Source: Thermoplasmatota archaeon
GTDB lineage: Archaea; Thermoplasmatota; Thermoplasmata; UBA10834
Direction: 5' to 3'
Assembly (NCBI GenBank): GCA_040751795.1
Contig: JBFMHR010000007.1
Coordinates: 1 to 44,905, forward strand
DNA: 44,905 nt
Shown here: positions 28,065 through 37,606 of the stretch, in pieces
Layout of the letters: each line of letters opens with the position of its first letter
How positions within the stretch are numbered: position 1 is the stretch's first letter
Position numbers and translations under genes: made by a program
The notes under the pieces: model-generated
Told to the model about the DNA's origin: nothing
Database searches by the model: none
What the model saw: only the letters and a program-made list of their open reading frames with translations

Positions 28065-28688
28065 TCACACGAGCACGCCGAAGGCGACCGTGCCGGAGAC
28101 CTTCTCGATCCTGGCCTTGACCTGGGTGCCCTTGGCGGTCCCCGGGATGTAGATCACGAACTCGGCCTTGCGGGCGATGCCATCGCCCTTCTTGCCGACG
28201 TCCTGGATGAAGAGGTCGTAGGTCTTCCCGGCCTCGATGGCCTTCTGCTCCTCCGCCTTGACGGGCTTCCTCACATGGACCGGCCTGTGGGCGCCGCAGG
28301 TCTCGCAGTGGAGGACCGACACCCGCCCGTCCTTGACCATGTGCGTATCGGGGCTGTCGCACTCTGAGCAGAGCACGTACTCCTCGACGTAGTTGTCGAT
28401 CCTCTCGACGATCTGTGATGTGGCGACCTTGCCCTTGAACACGGCCCTCGGGCCATCCATGGTGCCCGCGGTCCCGAGCTCCCTCAGCAGGAAGCCGAGG
28501 AGGTGGTCTGGCTCGCGCCTCAGCGTGTCCACGATGTCCGCGAAGTTGCGGATGACGGTGGTCTTCCCCTCGACCATGACGTCCGGCTCCGGCACCTTGA
28601 ACCGGTCGTGCGACTCGAGCTTCTGCGGGAGCTTCTTCTTGGCCCTCGCGAGGAGGGCCTCGTAGTCGGTCGATTCCTGGGCCGCCAT
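28065..28688 (-). CDS. eif2b: Translation initiation factor aIF-2 beta with C-terminal TRAM domain
   Basis: GKTTVIRNF, ELGTAG, YVLCSECDSPDT...CETCGA, then TRAM (IQDVGKKGDGIAR...IYIPG). Confidence 0.93.
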   Translation of the reverse strand: MAAQESTDYEALLARAKKKLPQKLESHDRFKVPEPDVMVEGKTTVIRNFADIVDTLRREPDHLLGFLLRELGTAGTMDGPRAVFKGKVATSQIVERIDNYVEEYVLCSECDSPDTHMVKDGRVSVLHCETCGAHRPVHVRKPVKAEEQKAIEAGKTYDLFIQDVGKKGDGIARKAEFVIYIPGTAKGTQVKARIEKVSGTVAFGVLV

Positions 28689-28952
28689 CGTGGTTCCATT
28701 GTGGACTCCCTAGTTAAAGCTATTGGGTGCCACGGCCACGCCCAGGATGTGCGGCCGTCCGCGGGGCGGCGTTCGGGCCGCCCACGGCCAAGGCGACGCG
28801 CCCGCTTCGAAACGTTTATTGGTGACCGCCTGCTATGAGCCCACAGCCGACGGCCCAGCAAGGGTGAAACGACGACCACGAGGAGCTCAGCCCACCCCCT
28901 CAGAGATCACAAGCCCAATGGTTCGCTGGAGCAGAGGCTCTCTTTCCTGGAG

Positions 28953-31900
28953 GTGTTCCCGGACAGGGTCTCCGTCGTCAGGGAGGACAGGACCGTCGTC
29001 TACCTCAGCCCTGCGATGCGGGAGACCTACGGCGACCTCGTGGGCAGGAAGTGCTACGAGACGGCCCTCGCGGCCGAAGACGTCTGCAGGAACTGCCCGG
29101 TGTCGCGCGGGATGGGGCAGTCCACGTTCCCCTACACCCGGACGGCCAGGCTCCCCGACGGCACTGTGTGGGAGATGACCGTCTCGCGCTGGGAGGACGA
29201 GGAGACCGGGGAGGTCTACTACTTCTCCTTCGAGCGCGACATAACGGAGTCCTCGTCCAAGGAGCAGTTCCTCGGCAACCTGTACGCATCGATGGAGCAG
29301 ATGGGCGAGGCCGTGTGCGTCCTGGACGCCCACGGCAACGTCGTTTTCGTCAACAGGGCCTTCGAGGCCCTCATTGGCGTGAGCAGGGAGGACACGGGGA
29401 AGTGCAGCACGTCCAGCACCAAGGCCTTCCCCGGGGGCTTCGACATCGCCCAGGCGCTCAAGGAGTCCGTCGACGGGGGGTGGTCCGGCGATGTCACGCT
29501 CAACGTGCCCGACGGATCATCGAGCATACTCCACATCGACGCGAGGCCCGTCAAGGACGCCGGCGGGCACGCCCTGGGCGTCGTGGCTGTCCTCAGGAAC
29601 GTCACGAGGGAGCAGTCCGAGAAGGTCGAGCTCGAGAAGTACAAGTCCCAGCTGGAGAAGAAGATGGAGGCCCGCACCGCCGAGCTGGCGAGGCGTGTCA
29701 GCCAGCTCACCACCATCAACAAGATCAGCCGCGTGGTCACCTCCATACTCGACCCGGACGAGCTGATGGTCGAGTTCACCAAGTCCATCGCGACGGGCTT
29801 CGGCTACCAGCACGTCGTGATCATGGCCATGGACAAGGAGAAGGGCGAGCTCCACTTCAGGGCGGGGCACGGCGCGAAGATGCAGGACGTGTCCAAGGAC
29901 CTCAGGCTGAAGCTGAAGGAGGGCATCATCGGCCACGCCGCGTTCTTCTCCGAGACCCTCGTGACGGGGGACGTGGACGCCGACCCACGGTACGTGACGA
30001 GGGGGATCCGGACGACCAAGTCCGAGCTCGCGATACCCATACTCTTCAGGGGCGACATCATCGGCGTGCTCGACATCCAGAGCGACGCCAAGGACGCGTT
30101 CACGAGGAACGACGTCACCCTCCTCGAGATGCTCACGGACATCCTGGCGACGGCCATCGTCAACGCCCGCACGTTCACCGAGTCGAAGGAGCGCGAGCAC
30201 GCGCTCACGGTCCTGGACAGGATCAGCAAGCAGATCTCCTTCAGGCAGGAGCCCACCGTGATACTCGACCAGGTGGCGCGCGACGCGGCCGCCCTCCTCA
30301 AGGGGGAGAAGGCGATGGTGGGCCTCAGGGAGGAGGTCACGAACAGGCTGGTCTGGGTCGCGTCCTACAACGTCGACAGGGCGATACTGGACAAGCTCGA
30401 GTTCAGCGCCGCCAAGGGCGTGACCGGGAGGGCGCTGTCCCGCCTGAAGGCCGAGGTCGTGAACGACTACGCCGCGGACCCGGACGCCCGCCCGAGGGAC
30501 GCGGAGGTATTCAACATAAGGTCCATCGCGTCCGCCCCCCTTATAATCGAGGGGCGGGGCATAGGCGTGGTGAACGTCTACAACCGCCTGGGGGACGGCA
30601 AGTTCACCAGGAACGACTCGATATTCCTCTCCTCGCTCGCTGACCATGCGGCGATAGCCCTCGAGACCTCGAACCTGATGTCGTCCCTGAACCAGCGGGT
30701 GCGCTCCCAGCTGGCCCTCCTGGACATCGCCCTCTCGATGCAGAGGCAGATAGAGATCGGCGGCACGTACGAGTACGTCGCCGACAAGCTGAGGGAGGTC
30801 GTCTGGTACGACGCCCTGACGTTCTACATGATCGACCACGGCAGGGACATGCTCGTCCCGGCCTACTCCCGGGGCTCCTACGCGGACCAGGTCATGTCCG
30901 AGGTGTTCCCGGTGGGGGACGGCATCACCGGCCATGTGGCCAAGACCGGCAAGGCCGAGCTGGTCAACAACACCTCGGCGGACCCGCGCGCGTCGCAGGT
31001 CTCCGGGACTCCCGTGGAGCAGGAGGCCATCATGGCCATCCCCCTGAGGGGAAGGGAGCGGCTCATCGGCGTGCTGGCGGCGTACCGCGAGGGCGGCCGC
31101 ACGTTCACCCCCGCGGACTTCGAGATCGCCCAGCTCTTCGCCAACCAGGCGGCGGTGGCCGTCGAGAACTCCGAGCTGTACATGACCGAGGAGAAGCTGC
31201 TGAGGGAGAGCAGGACGAAGGTCGCCCAGATGTCCCGCGTCCTGGAGCTCACGACATCCGTCATGTACATGGACGACCTCGACAAGCTCCTCAGCAACCT
31301 TGTGGAGGCCGTCGTCTCGTCGTTCGGCTTCAGGAGGGCGGCCGTGTCCCTCCTCGACCTGGGCAGGAACGTCTTCGTGAACAGGGCGCTCGTCGGCTTC
31401 CCGGAGTGGGTCTCCCCTGGCCGGGCGATCCCCGCCGAACGGGTCCTCATGGACATGAGGGACGAGTTCAGGATCGGCGAGACCACCTACTATGTGAAGT
31501 ACGAGGACCAGGAGTACGGCATAGAGGCGTTCGACTTCATCGCTCACCCGGAGCTCGCCGGGGTCCCCAGGTCCTCGCCGGAGGCCTGGCACGAGAGGGA
31601 CATACTCATCTTCGCGCTCAAGGACAGGAGCGGCCGCCTCATTGGGTACATGCTGGTCGACGAGCCCGTGGACAAGAAGGCCCCGACGACGGAGCAGATC
31701 GAGGTGCTGGAGGTGCTGGCGGGCATAGCCTCCATAGGCCTCGAGAACTCCAGGCTGTACGAGAAGCAGGTGTCCGCGGTCAACGAGATCGCGCTACTCA
31801 ACGACCTCATGACGCACGACATCAACAACTTCAACCAGGGCATCATGGGGTACATCGAGCTGCTCCTCCAGGACAAGAGGCTCGACGAGGGGCAGAGGCG

Positions 31901-32537
31901 CTACGCCGAGAAGGCGCTCGTCCAGGTCAGGAACAACGCCCGGGTCATCGACAACATCAGGAAGCTCGCGAAGGTCAGGACGATGTCCGAGGACGACTTC
32001 ACGGTGTGGGACATACACGCCCCCGTGTCGGCCGCTGTCCAGGCGGTGTCGCGCTCGTCCCCGGAGCGGACGATACAGATCGCCTCGAACATCGCCAAGG
32101 GCGCGCACTTCGTGAGGGCCAACTCGTTCATCAACGACCTCTTCACGAACATCATATCCAACGCGGCCAAGTTCGACACCGCGAAGAAGGTGAGGGTCGA
32201 CGTCACCGTCGACGAGATGAAGGACTCCAGGGGGGAGTTCTGGGTGGTCTCTGTGACGGACAGGGGCCGCGGGATACCGGACGACAGGAAGCGGACGGTG
32301 TTCGAACGCTTCGCGACCGGCGCCACGGGCGTGAAGGGGTTCGGCCTGGGCCTGTCGATCGTGGGCACGATCGTCGAGAAGTTCCAGGGCCGGGTCTGGG
32401 TGGAGGACAGGGTCAAGGGGGACTTCTCCAAGGGCTCGGTCTTCAAGATAATGCTCCCGAAGGCGCAGCCCCCGGCCGAGGCCCCGGCCGCGGCTACTGC
32501 TTCCCAGGGCCCTTCGAATGCTCCAGGGCCGCCCTGA
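28953..32537 (+). CDS. Cytoplasmic multi-sensor histidine kinase (2 PAS, about 4 GAF, HisKA, HATPase)
   Basis: PAS (VGRKCYE...CRNCP; FVNRAFE), GAF repeats (SELAIPI...GVLDIQS; SIASAPL; AIMAIPL), H-box LMTHDINN, N-box NIISNAAK, G1 DRGRGI, G2 GFGLGL. No TM segment seen. Start uncertain. Confidence 0.92.
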   Translation: MFPDRVSVVREDRTVVYLSPAMRETYGDLVGRKCYETALAAEDVCRNCPVSRGMGQSTFPYTRTARLPDGTVWEMTVSRWEDEETGEVYYFSFERDITESSSKEQFLGNLYASMEQMGEAVCVLDAHGNVVFVNRAFEALIGVSREDTGKCSTSSTKAFPGGFDIAQALKESVDGGWSGDVTLNVPDGSSSILHIDARPVKDAGGHALGVVAVLRNVTREQSEKVELEKYKSQLEKKMEARTAELARRVSQLTTINKISRVVTSILDPDELMVEFTKSIATGFGYQHVVIMAMDKEKGELHFRAGHGAKMQDVSKDLRLKLKEGIIGHAAFFSETLVTGDVDADPRYVTRGIRTTKSELAIPILFRGDIIGVLDIQSDAKDAFTRNDVTLLEMLTDILATAIVNARTFTESKEREHALTVLDRISKQISFRQEPTVILDQVARDAAALLKGEKAMVGLREEVTNRLVWVASYNVDRAILDKLEFSAAKGVTGRALSRLKAEVVNDYAADPDARPRDAEVFNIRSIASAPLIIEGRGIGVVNVYNRLGDGKFTRNDSIFLSSLADHAAIALETSNLMSSLNQRVRSQLALLDIALSMQRQIEIGGTYEYVADKLREVVWYDALTFYMIDHGRDMLVPAYSRGSYADQVMSEVFPVGDGITGHVAKTGKAELVNNTSADPRASQVSGTPVEQEAIMAIPLRGRERLIGVLAAYREGGRTFTPADFEIAQLFANQAAVAVENSELYMTEEKLLRESRTKVAQMSRVLELTTSVMYMDDLDKLLSNLVEAVVSSFGFRRAAVSLLDLGRNVFVNRALVGFPEWVSPGRAIPAERVLMDMRDEFRIGETTYYVKYEDQEYGIEAFDFIAHPELAGVPRSSPEAWHERDILIFALKDRSGRLIGYMLVDEPVDKKAPTTEQIEVLEVLAGIASIGLENSRLYEKQVSAVNEIALLNDLMTHDINNFNQGIMGYIELLLQDKRLDEGQRRYAEKALVQVRNNARVIDNIRKLAKVRTMSEDDFTVWDIHAPVSAAVQAVSRSSPERTIQIASNIAKGAHFVRANSFINDLFTNIISNAAKFDTAKKVRVDVTVDEMKDSRGEFWVVSVTDRGRGIPDDRKRTVFERFATGATGVKGFGLGLSIVGTIVEKFQGRVWVEDRVKGDFSKGSVFKIMLPKAQPPAEAPAAATASQGPSNAPGPP

Positions 32538-34107
32538 CGAGCCCGAAGTGCATGGGCGCCGGCCTCCGGGGCCTGGACTTGAACTCCGGGTGGAACTGCG
32601 AGCCGACGAAGAACGGGTGCCCGTCCAGCTCCAGGATCTCCATCTTCTTGCCGTCAGGGGACCTTCCCGTGTACCTCAGGCCCTTCTCCTGGAGCCGGTC
32701 GATGTAGTGGGGGTTGACCTCGTACCTGTGCCTGTGCCGCTCCATGATGTCCAGCGAATGGTACAGCTCCTCGGCCCTGGAGCCCTTCTCGATCAGGACC
32801 TGCTGGGCTCCCAGCCTCATCGACCCGCCCATCTTGGTCACGTTCTTCTGCTCGGGGAGGAGGTCAATGACCGGGTGGGACGTGTGCGGGTCGAACTCGG
32901 TGCTGTTCGCGTCGTGCATCTGGAGGACGTCCCTCGCGAACTCCACCGTCGCGAGCTGGAACCCGAGGCACACCCCGAGGAACGGGACCCTGTTCTCGCG
33001 GGCGTACCTTATCGCCTCGATCTTCCCCTCAACGCCCCTCGAACCGAAGCCGCCCGGGATCAGGACGCCGTCCGCCTCCTGGAGCATGCGCCTCGACTCC
33101 TCCTTCTGGATCTCCTCGGCCTCGACCCTGAGGAACTGGACGCGCGTGTCCAGCTCCGCCCCGGCGTGGGTCAGCGCCTCGTAGTGGCTCATGTAGGAGT
33201 CGTGCTGGTCCATGTACTTCCCGACCAGCAGGACCTTGACCTGGTGCTTGGGGTTCATGACCTTGTCCAGGTACGCCTTCCAGTCCTTCAGGCCGTTCTT
33301 GGGCGGCCCCATCCCCATGCGGGAGAGCAGGTAGTCCGTCAGGCCCTGCTCCTCGAGGAATATCGGGACCTGGTAGATCGACTTGGCGTCGGGGGCGCTC
33401 ACGACCGCCTCGAGCGGGACGTCGCAGAAGAGGGCTATCTTCCTCTTCGCGCCCTCGTCAAGCGGGCGCTCGGACCTCGCCACGATCACGTCGGGCTGTA
33501 TCCCTATGCCCCTCAGCTCCCTAACGGAGTGCTGGGTCGGCTTGGTCTTCTGCTCCTTGAGCGCGCCGAGCGCGGGGACGAGGGTCGTGTGGACGAACAG
33601 GACGTTCTCGTGACCCATCTCCGAGTGCATCTGCCTGGCCGCCTCGAGGAAGGGCATCGACTCTATGTCGCCCACGGTCCCGCCCAGCTCGACTATCACG
33701 ACCTCGGCGCCGGACTTGATCCCGACGCTGGATATCATCGACTTGATCTCGTTGGTTATGTGCGGGATGATCTGGACGGTCTTGCCGAGGAAGTGCCCCT
33801 GGCGCTCCTTCTCGATCACGCTGCCGTAGACCTTGCCCGTGGTCATGACGTGGTCGCTGGTCAGATTCGTGTCGAGGAACCTCTCGTAGTTGCCCAGGTC
33901 CAGGTCCGCCTCGCCCCCGTCGTCGAGGACGAAGACCTCCCCGTGCTCGAACGGGTTGAGGGTCCCAGCGTCGAAGTTGAGGTACGGGTCGATCTTCATG
34001 GCTGTGACCTTGACGCCCCTGGCCCGCAGGACGCGCCCTATGGACGAGGCGGTTATGCCCTTGCCAAGGCCCGATAAAACCCCTCCGGAGACGAGAATAA
34101 CCTTCAT
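32494..34107 (-). CDS. pyrG: CTP synthase
   Basis: GGVLSGLGKGI, KIDPYLN, HGEVFV, GGTVGDIES, KTKPTQHSV, GVCLG, ERHRHRYE, QFHPEF. Confidence 0.97.
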   Translation of the reverse strand: MKVILVSGGVLSGLGKGITASSIGRVLRARGVKVTAMKIDPYLNFDAGTLNPFEHGEVFVLDDGGEADLDLGNYERFLDTNLTSDHVMTTGKVYGSVIEKERQGHFLGKTVQIIPHITNEIKSMISSVGIKSGAEVVIVELGGTVGDIESMPFLEAARQMHSEMGHENVLFVHTTLVPALGALKEQKTKPTQHSVRELRGIGIQPDVIVARSERPLDEGAKRKIALFCDVPLEAVVSAPDAKSIYQVPIFLEEQGLTDYLLSRMGMGPPKNGLKDWKAYLDKVMNPKHQVKVLLVGKYMDQHDSYMSHYEALTHAGAELDTRVQFLRVEAEEIQKEESRRMLQEADGVLIPGGFGSRGVEGKIEAIRYARENRVPFLGVCLGFQLATVEFARDVLQMHDANSTEFDPHTSHPVIDLLPEQKNVTKMGGSMRLGAQQVLIEKGSRAEELYHSLDIMERHRHRYEVNPHYIDRLQEKGLRYTGRSPDGKKMEILELDGHPFFVGSQFHPEFKSRPRRPAPMHFGLVRAALEHSKGPGKQ

Positions 34108-34175
34108 GTCGGTCTCACGGGAACCAGAGTATGGGGTAGCCTAAGATAAAGATTCCCGTGGCCGCCGCGGCGTGG

Positions 34176-34649
34176 TCACCCGTCCCTGGCCTCCATCAGG
34201 CGCCCGAGCGCCCGGGCGACCCTGCCCACGGCCGCGGACATCTCGGGGGACACGGGCGCGCGGAACTCCAGGGTCCTGGGCTGGACCGCCACGACGCAGA
34301 CCCTCTTCCCCGTCCTCTCCAGCAGCGCGGCCATGAGGGCCACGGGGACGCGGTGGGTGGAGATCTCCGTCTCCCTTATCCCGTCCCTCTCGACCACCTC
34401 GACGGTCCCCGGGGCGGCCCTCAGGTCGGCCGCGTCGACGAAGAACACCGTCGCCGGGCCGTCGGCCTCCGAGATGTCCAGGACGGTCCCCTCGACTCCG
34501 TCGTGCTCCGAGAACGAAAACCTGGGAAAGGGTTTCTTCAGGGCCTCGGCGACGAGCACCCCCGCGCCGTCGTCCGCCTTGTCGGCGTAGCCGAGCCCGA
34601 GGACGTACACCGGGCCGGGCCCGGCGGCCGCCTCGAGCGAGGCGGTCAG
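34176..34649 (-). CDS. Hydrogenase maturation protease (HycI/HybD-like)
   Basis: VLGLGY.DKADDGAG, FVDAAD, STHRVP, VQP...F...VS. Start is probably CTG at 34649 (CTGA overlap) or the downstream GTG of VYVLG. Confidence 0.85.
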   Translation of the reverse strand: MTASLEAAAGPGPVYVLGLGYADKADDGAGVLVAEALKKPFPRFSFSEHDGVEGTVLDISEADGPATVFFVDAADLRAAPGTVEVVERDGIRETEISTHRVPVALMAALLERTGKRVCVVAVQPRTLEFRAPVSPEMSAAVGRVARALGRLMEARDG

Positions 34650-35938
34650 AGCCTCTTCAGGGTCACCAGGTGCGTGGCGCAGCTTATGCATGGGTCGTAC
34701 GCCCTTGCCACCATCTCGAGGCCCAGGCGGACCTCCTCGTCCTTCTTGCCATCCGCCAGCATCCTCTCGGCCGCGAGCCTCATGTGGACCTCCACGTCGT
34801 CGAGGTTCTGCGCCGTGGGGGTGATGATGTCCGCGACGTCCACCAGACCATCCTTGAGCTCGTAGTGGTGGTACAGGACGCCCCTCGGCGCCTCGACGGC
34901 ACCGGTCCCGGAGCCCGTCCTTCGCGACGGCTCCTCGATGCGGGGGTCGTCCAGCGCGGCGACCGCGTCGCACGCGTCGGGCAGGCTCTCCATCGCCCAG
35001 ACCAGCTCCAGGGCCTGCGCCATGTTGTTGTACAGCGGGTTCCTGAGCCACCTCTTGTCGTAGTGCTGCTTGAACAGGTCGGCCGCCTGGCCCTCGAGGC
35101 GCTTGCCCATGTTGATGAGCCTGGCGTTCGCGCCCACCATGAAGGGCTTGTCCATGTACTTCGACCTCTTGGCGAAGGAGTGCGACACGACCCTCTCGTT
35201 GGTGAGCTTCTTGTAGTCGTCGGCGGGGAAGTCCTTCCCGTTGGAGACGAGGATATCGTCGCCGTACAGGTGGAACTTCTTCTTGGGCGCGTCGACGGAC
35301 ATGAACACCTTGTCGCTGTCGACGTCCGCGTAGGCCGGGATCTCAAGGGACCCGAAGAGCTCCACCACCCTGGTGACGTCGTGGATCATCTCGTGCGACT
35401 TCGCCTTGATCTCCTCGAGCGCCTTCTTGCCCGGGTACCTGCCGAAGCCGCCGATGACGGGGTTCTCGCCGTGGACGATCCTCCCGCTCGTGACCTCCAT
35501 GATGTGGTTCCCGAACTTCTTGAGCTTCAGCGCCCTCTTGACGTCGTCGCCGTAGTCGTTCAGCATGGCGACTGCCGACGGGTACCCGAGGAAGTCGGGC
35601 AGCGCCAGCATCATCGTGTGGAGCGAGTTGCTCTCGATGTTCTCGCCGAGCATCATCAGCTCCCGCGTGAGGACCGCCTTCTCCGGGGGCGTTATCGCGA
35701 GGGCCTTCTCCATGCCCCGGATCGCCGCGAACTTGTGCGAGAGGGTGCATATGGCGCAGATCCTCGGCACCACGTTCACGTCGTCCTCGGGCCTCATGCC
35801 CCTCACGAGCTGCTCGATGAGCCTCGGCCCCTCGTGCACGTCCAGCGTGACGCTCTTGACCTTCTTGCCGTCGAGCGTGACGGTTATCCCGCCGTCGCCC
35901 TCGACCCTGGCCAGGGCAGGCACGTTGAGTTCCTTCAT
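34646..35938 (-). CDS. hydA: Group 3b [NiFe]-hydrogenase large (alpha) subunit
   Basis: ARVEG, L1 RICAICTLSH, EAPRG, L2 DPCISCATH plus a cleavable C-terminal tail LVTLKRL. ATG 35938 overlaps the delta stop. Confidence 0.93.
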   Translation of the reverse strand: MKELNVPALARVEGDGGITVTLDGKKVKSVTLDVHEGPRLIEQLVRGMRPEDDVNVVPRICAICTLSHKFAAIRGMEKALAITPPEKAVLTRELMMLGENIESNSLHTMMLALPDFLGYPSAVAMLNDYGDDVKRALKLKKFGNHIMEVTSGRIVHGENPVIGGFGRYPGKKALEEIKAKSHEMIHDVTRVVELFGSLEIPAYADVDSDKVFMSVDAPKKKFHLYGDDILVSNGKDFPADDYKKLTNERVVSHSFAKRSKYMDKPFMVGANARLINMGKRLEGQAADLFKQHYDKRWLRNPLYNNMAQALELVWAMESLPDACDAVAALDDPRIEEPSRRTGSGTGAVEAPRGVLYHHYELKDGLVDVADIITPTAQNLDDVEVHMRLAAERMLADGKKDEEVRLGLEMVARAYDPCISCATHLVTLKRL

Positions 35939-36729
35939 TTCTTCGCCCCCTTCTTCTCGAGGTCCTTGACGAGCTCGGCCACGCCTGAACCTCCGAACTT
36001 GCGGATCTTGGTGACTATCTCCTCTGGCTTGTAGCCCTTCTCTTTCAGGAGGTTGTACTCGGCGCTGACGTTGAGGTCGTCGGTCGGGCCCCAGCAGCCC
36101 ACGCAGGGCAGGTTGTGGGACGGGCACACCGCGCCGCAGCCGCCCTTCGTGAGCGGGCCGGCGCAGAACTTGCCGTCCAGGAGTATGCACCTGTTCTCCT
36201 TCCACTTGCACTCCAGGCACACCGGCGACTTGAGCAGGTATGGGTGCCTGCCCGCGACGAGCTTGGAGACCGACTTGAGGAACTCCTGCTTGTCTATCGG
36301 GCACCCGGGGATCATCATGTCCACCTTGACGAAGGCGCTCAGAGGCTGCGCCTCGAACGCCTTGGACACGGCGATCTTCGCGTTGCCGTAGACCTTCTTG
36401 TACCTCTCCTCGTACTTGCCGTCGCCGAGCATCATCGCCTGCGGGCCGCCCCAGCAGGCGCAGGTCCCTATGGCTATGAGGACCTTCGAGCGCTCCCTGA
36501 TCTCCTTCAGGTGCTTGAGCTGCTCCTCGGTCGATATGGAGCCCTCGACGAGGGCGACGTCCAGCTCCCCCTCGTGGTTGTCGCTCTTGGCCATCACGAA
36601 CGAGCGTATCTCCGTGGCCCCGAAGAGGTCCACGAGCTGGTCCTCGCAGTTGATGATCATGAGCTGGTCGCCCGCGCAGCCCGTGAAGCCGTATATCCCT
36701 ATCTTAGGCGATGGTCTTGTCACTTGCAC
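35935..36729 (-). CDS. hydD: Group 3b [NiFe]-hydrogenase small (delta) subunit
   Basis: GCAGD, EGSI, GTCACWGG, PGCP, VCLEC...C...CAGP...GCGAVCP...CVGCWG. Confidence 0.92.
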   Translation of the reverse strand: MQVTRPSPKIGIYGFTGCAGDQLMIINCEDQLVDLFGATEIRSFVMAKSDNHEGELDVALVEGSISTEEQLKHLKEIRERSKVLIAIGTCACWGGPQAMMLGDGKYEERYKKVYGNAKIAVSKAFEAQPLSAFVKVDMMIPGCPIDKQEFLKSVSKLVAGRHPYLLKSPVCLECKWKENRCILLDGKFCAGPLTKGGCGAVCPSHNLPCVGCWGPTDDLNVSAEYNLLKEKGYKPEEIVTKIRKFGGSGVAELVKDLEKKGAKK

Positions 36730-37606
36730 CCCTCCCTATGAGCTCCTTCATGTGGAGAACGTCCCACCACGAGAACACCGGCCCGTCTATGCAGGTGTAC
36801 AGGTACTCTATCGCGCAGTGGCCGCACTTGCCGACGCCGCACTTCATCCTCCTCTCCAGCGTCATGAGTATCTGGTGCTTCGGTATCCCGAGCTTCACCA
36901 GGTGCTCCATCACGAACTTGTACATGACGGGCGGGCCGCACACGGCCGCGTAGGTGTTCTTCGAGTCGATCGGGCCGAGCTCCTTGAAGAGCGTCGTTAT
37001 GAGCCCGGTCCTCTCGGTCCACTTGCCCGTGTCGTCCTTGTCCACCGTCAGCAGGCAGTTCAGGTCCTCCCTCTCCTTGAGCTGGAAGAACTCCTCCCTG
37101 AACAGCATCTCGCCGGGGTTCTTCGCCCCGTGCAGGTAGGTGACCTTGCCGAACTTGTCCCTGTTGTCCAGGATGTAGAGGAGCAGCGACCTCAGCGGGG
37201 CGACGCCCATGCCGCCCGCGACTATCATGATGTCCTTGCCCTCCATCTTGTCTAGGGGGAACCAGTTCCCGTACGGGCCCCTTATGCCCACGGTCTGGTT
37301 CTCCTTGAGCTCGAAGAGCGAGCTCGTCAGCGTGCCCATCTTCCTGATGCAGAACTCCACCAGGCCGGGCCTCGACGGAGTGGACGAGATGCAGAACGGC
37401 GCCTCGCCCTCGCCGGGTATGGAGAGCATGATGAACTGCCCCGGCATGTAGTTCATCTTGAGCGCCTCGTCGACGTCCACCGGCCTCGCCTGGAAGAAGT
37501 TGACGTCGCTCGTCAGCGGGTACCTCCGCACGATCCTCCACATGTCGGGCTGGAACGGGTTGTCCTGGACCTCCCTGTCGTCCAGCACCACGCACAGTTT
37601 CTTCAC
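36704..37606 (-). CDS. hydG: Group 3b hydrogenase gamma subunit (FAD/NAD(P)-binding, 2Fe-2S)
   Basis: PGQF, GEAPF, RGPYGN, AGGMGVAPLRS, CGPPVM, ERRMKCGVGKCGHC...CIDGPVF. GTG 37606 overlaps the beta stop. Confidence 0.92.
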   Translation of the reverse strand: MKKLCVVLDDREVQDNPFQPDMWRIVRRYPLTSDVNFFQARPVDVDEALKMNYMPGQFIMLSIPGEGEAPFCISSTPSRPGLVEFCIRKMGTLTSSLFELKENQTVGIRGPYGNWFPLDKMEGKDIMIVAGGMGVAPLRSLLLYILDNRDKFGKVTYLHGAKNPGEMLFREEFFQLKEREDLNCLLTVDKDDTGKWTERTGLITTLFKELGPIDSKNTYAAVCGPPVMYKFVMEHLVKLGIPKHQILMTLERRMKCGVGKCGHCAIEYLYTCIDGPVFSWWDVLHMKELIGRGASDKTIA

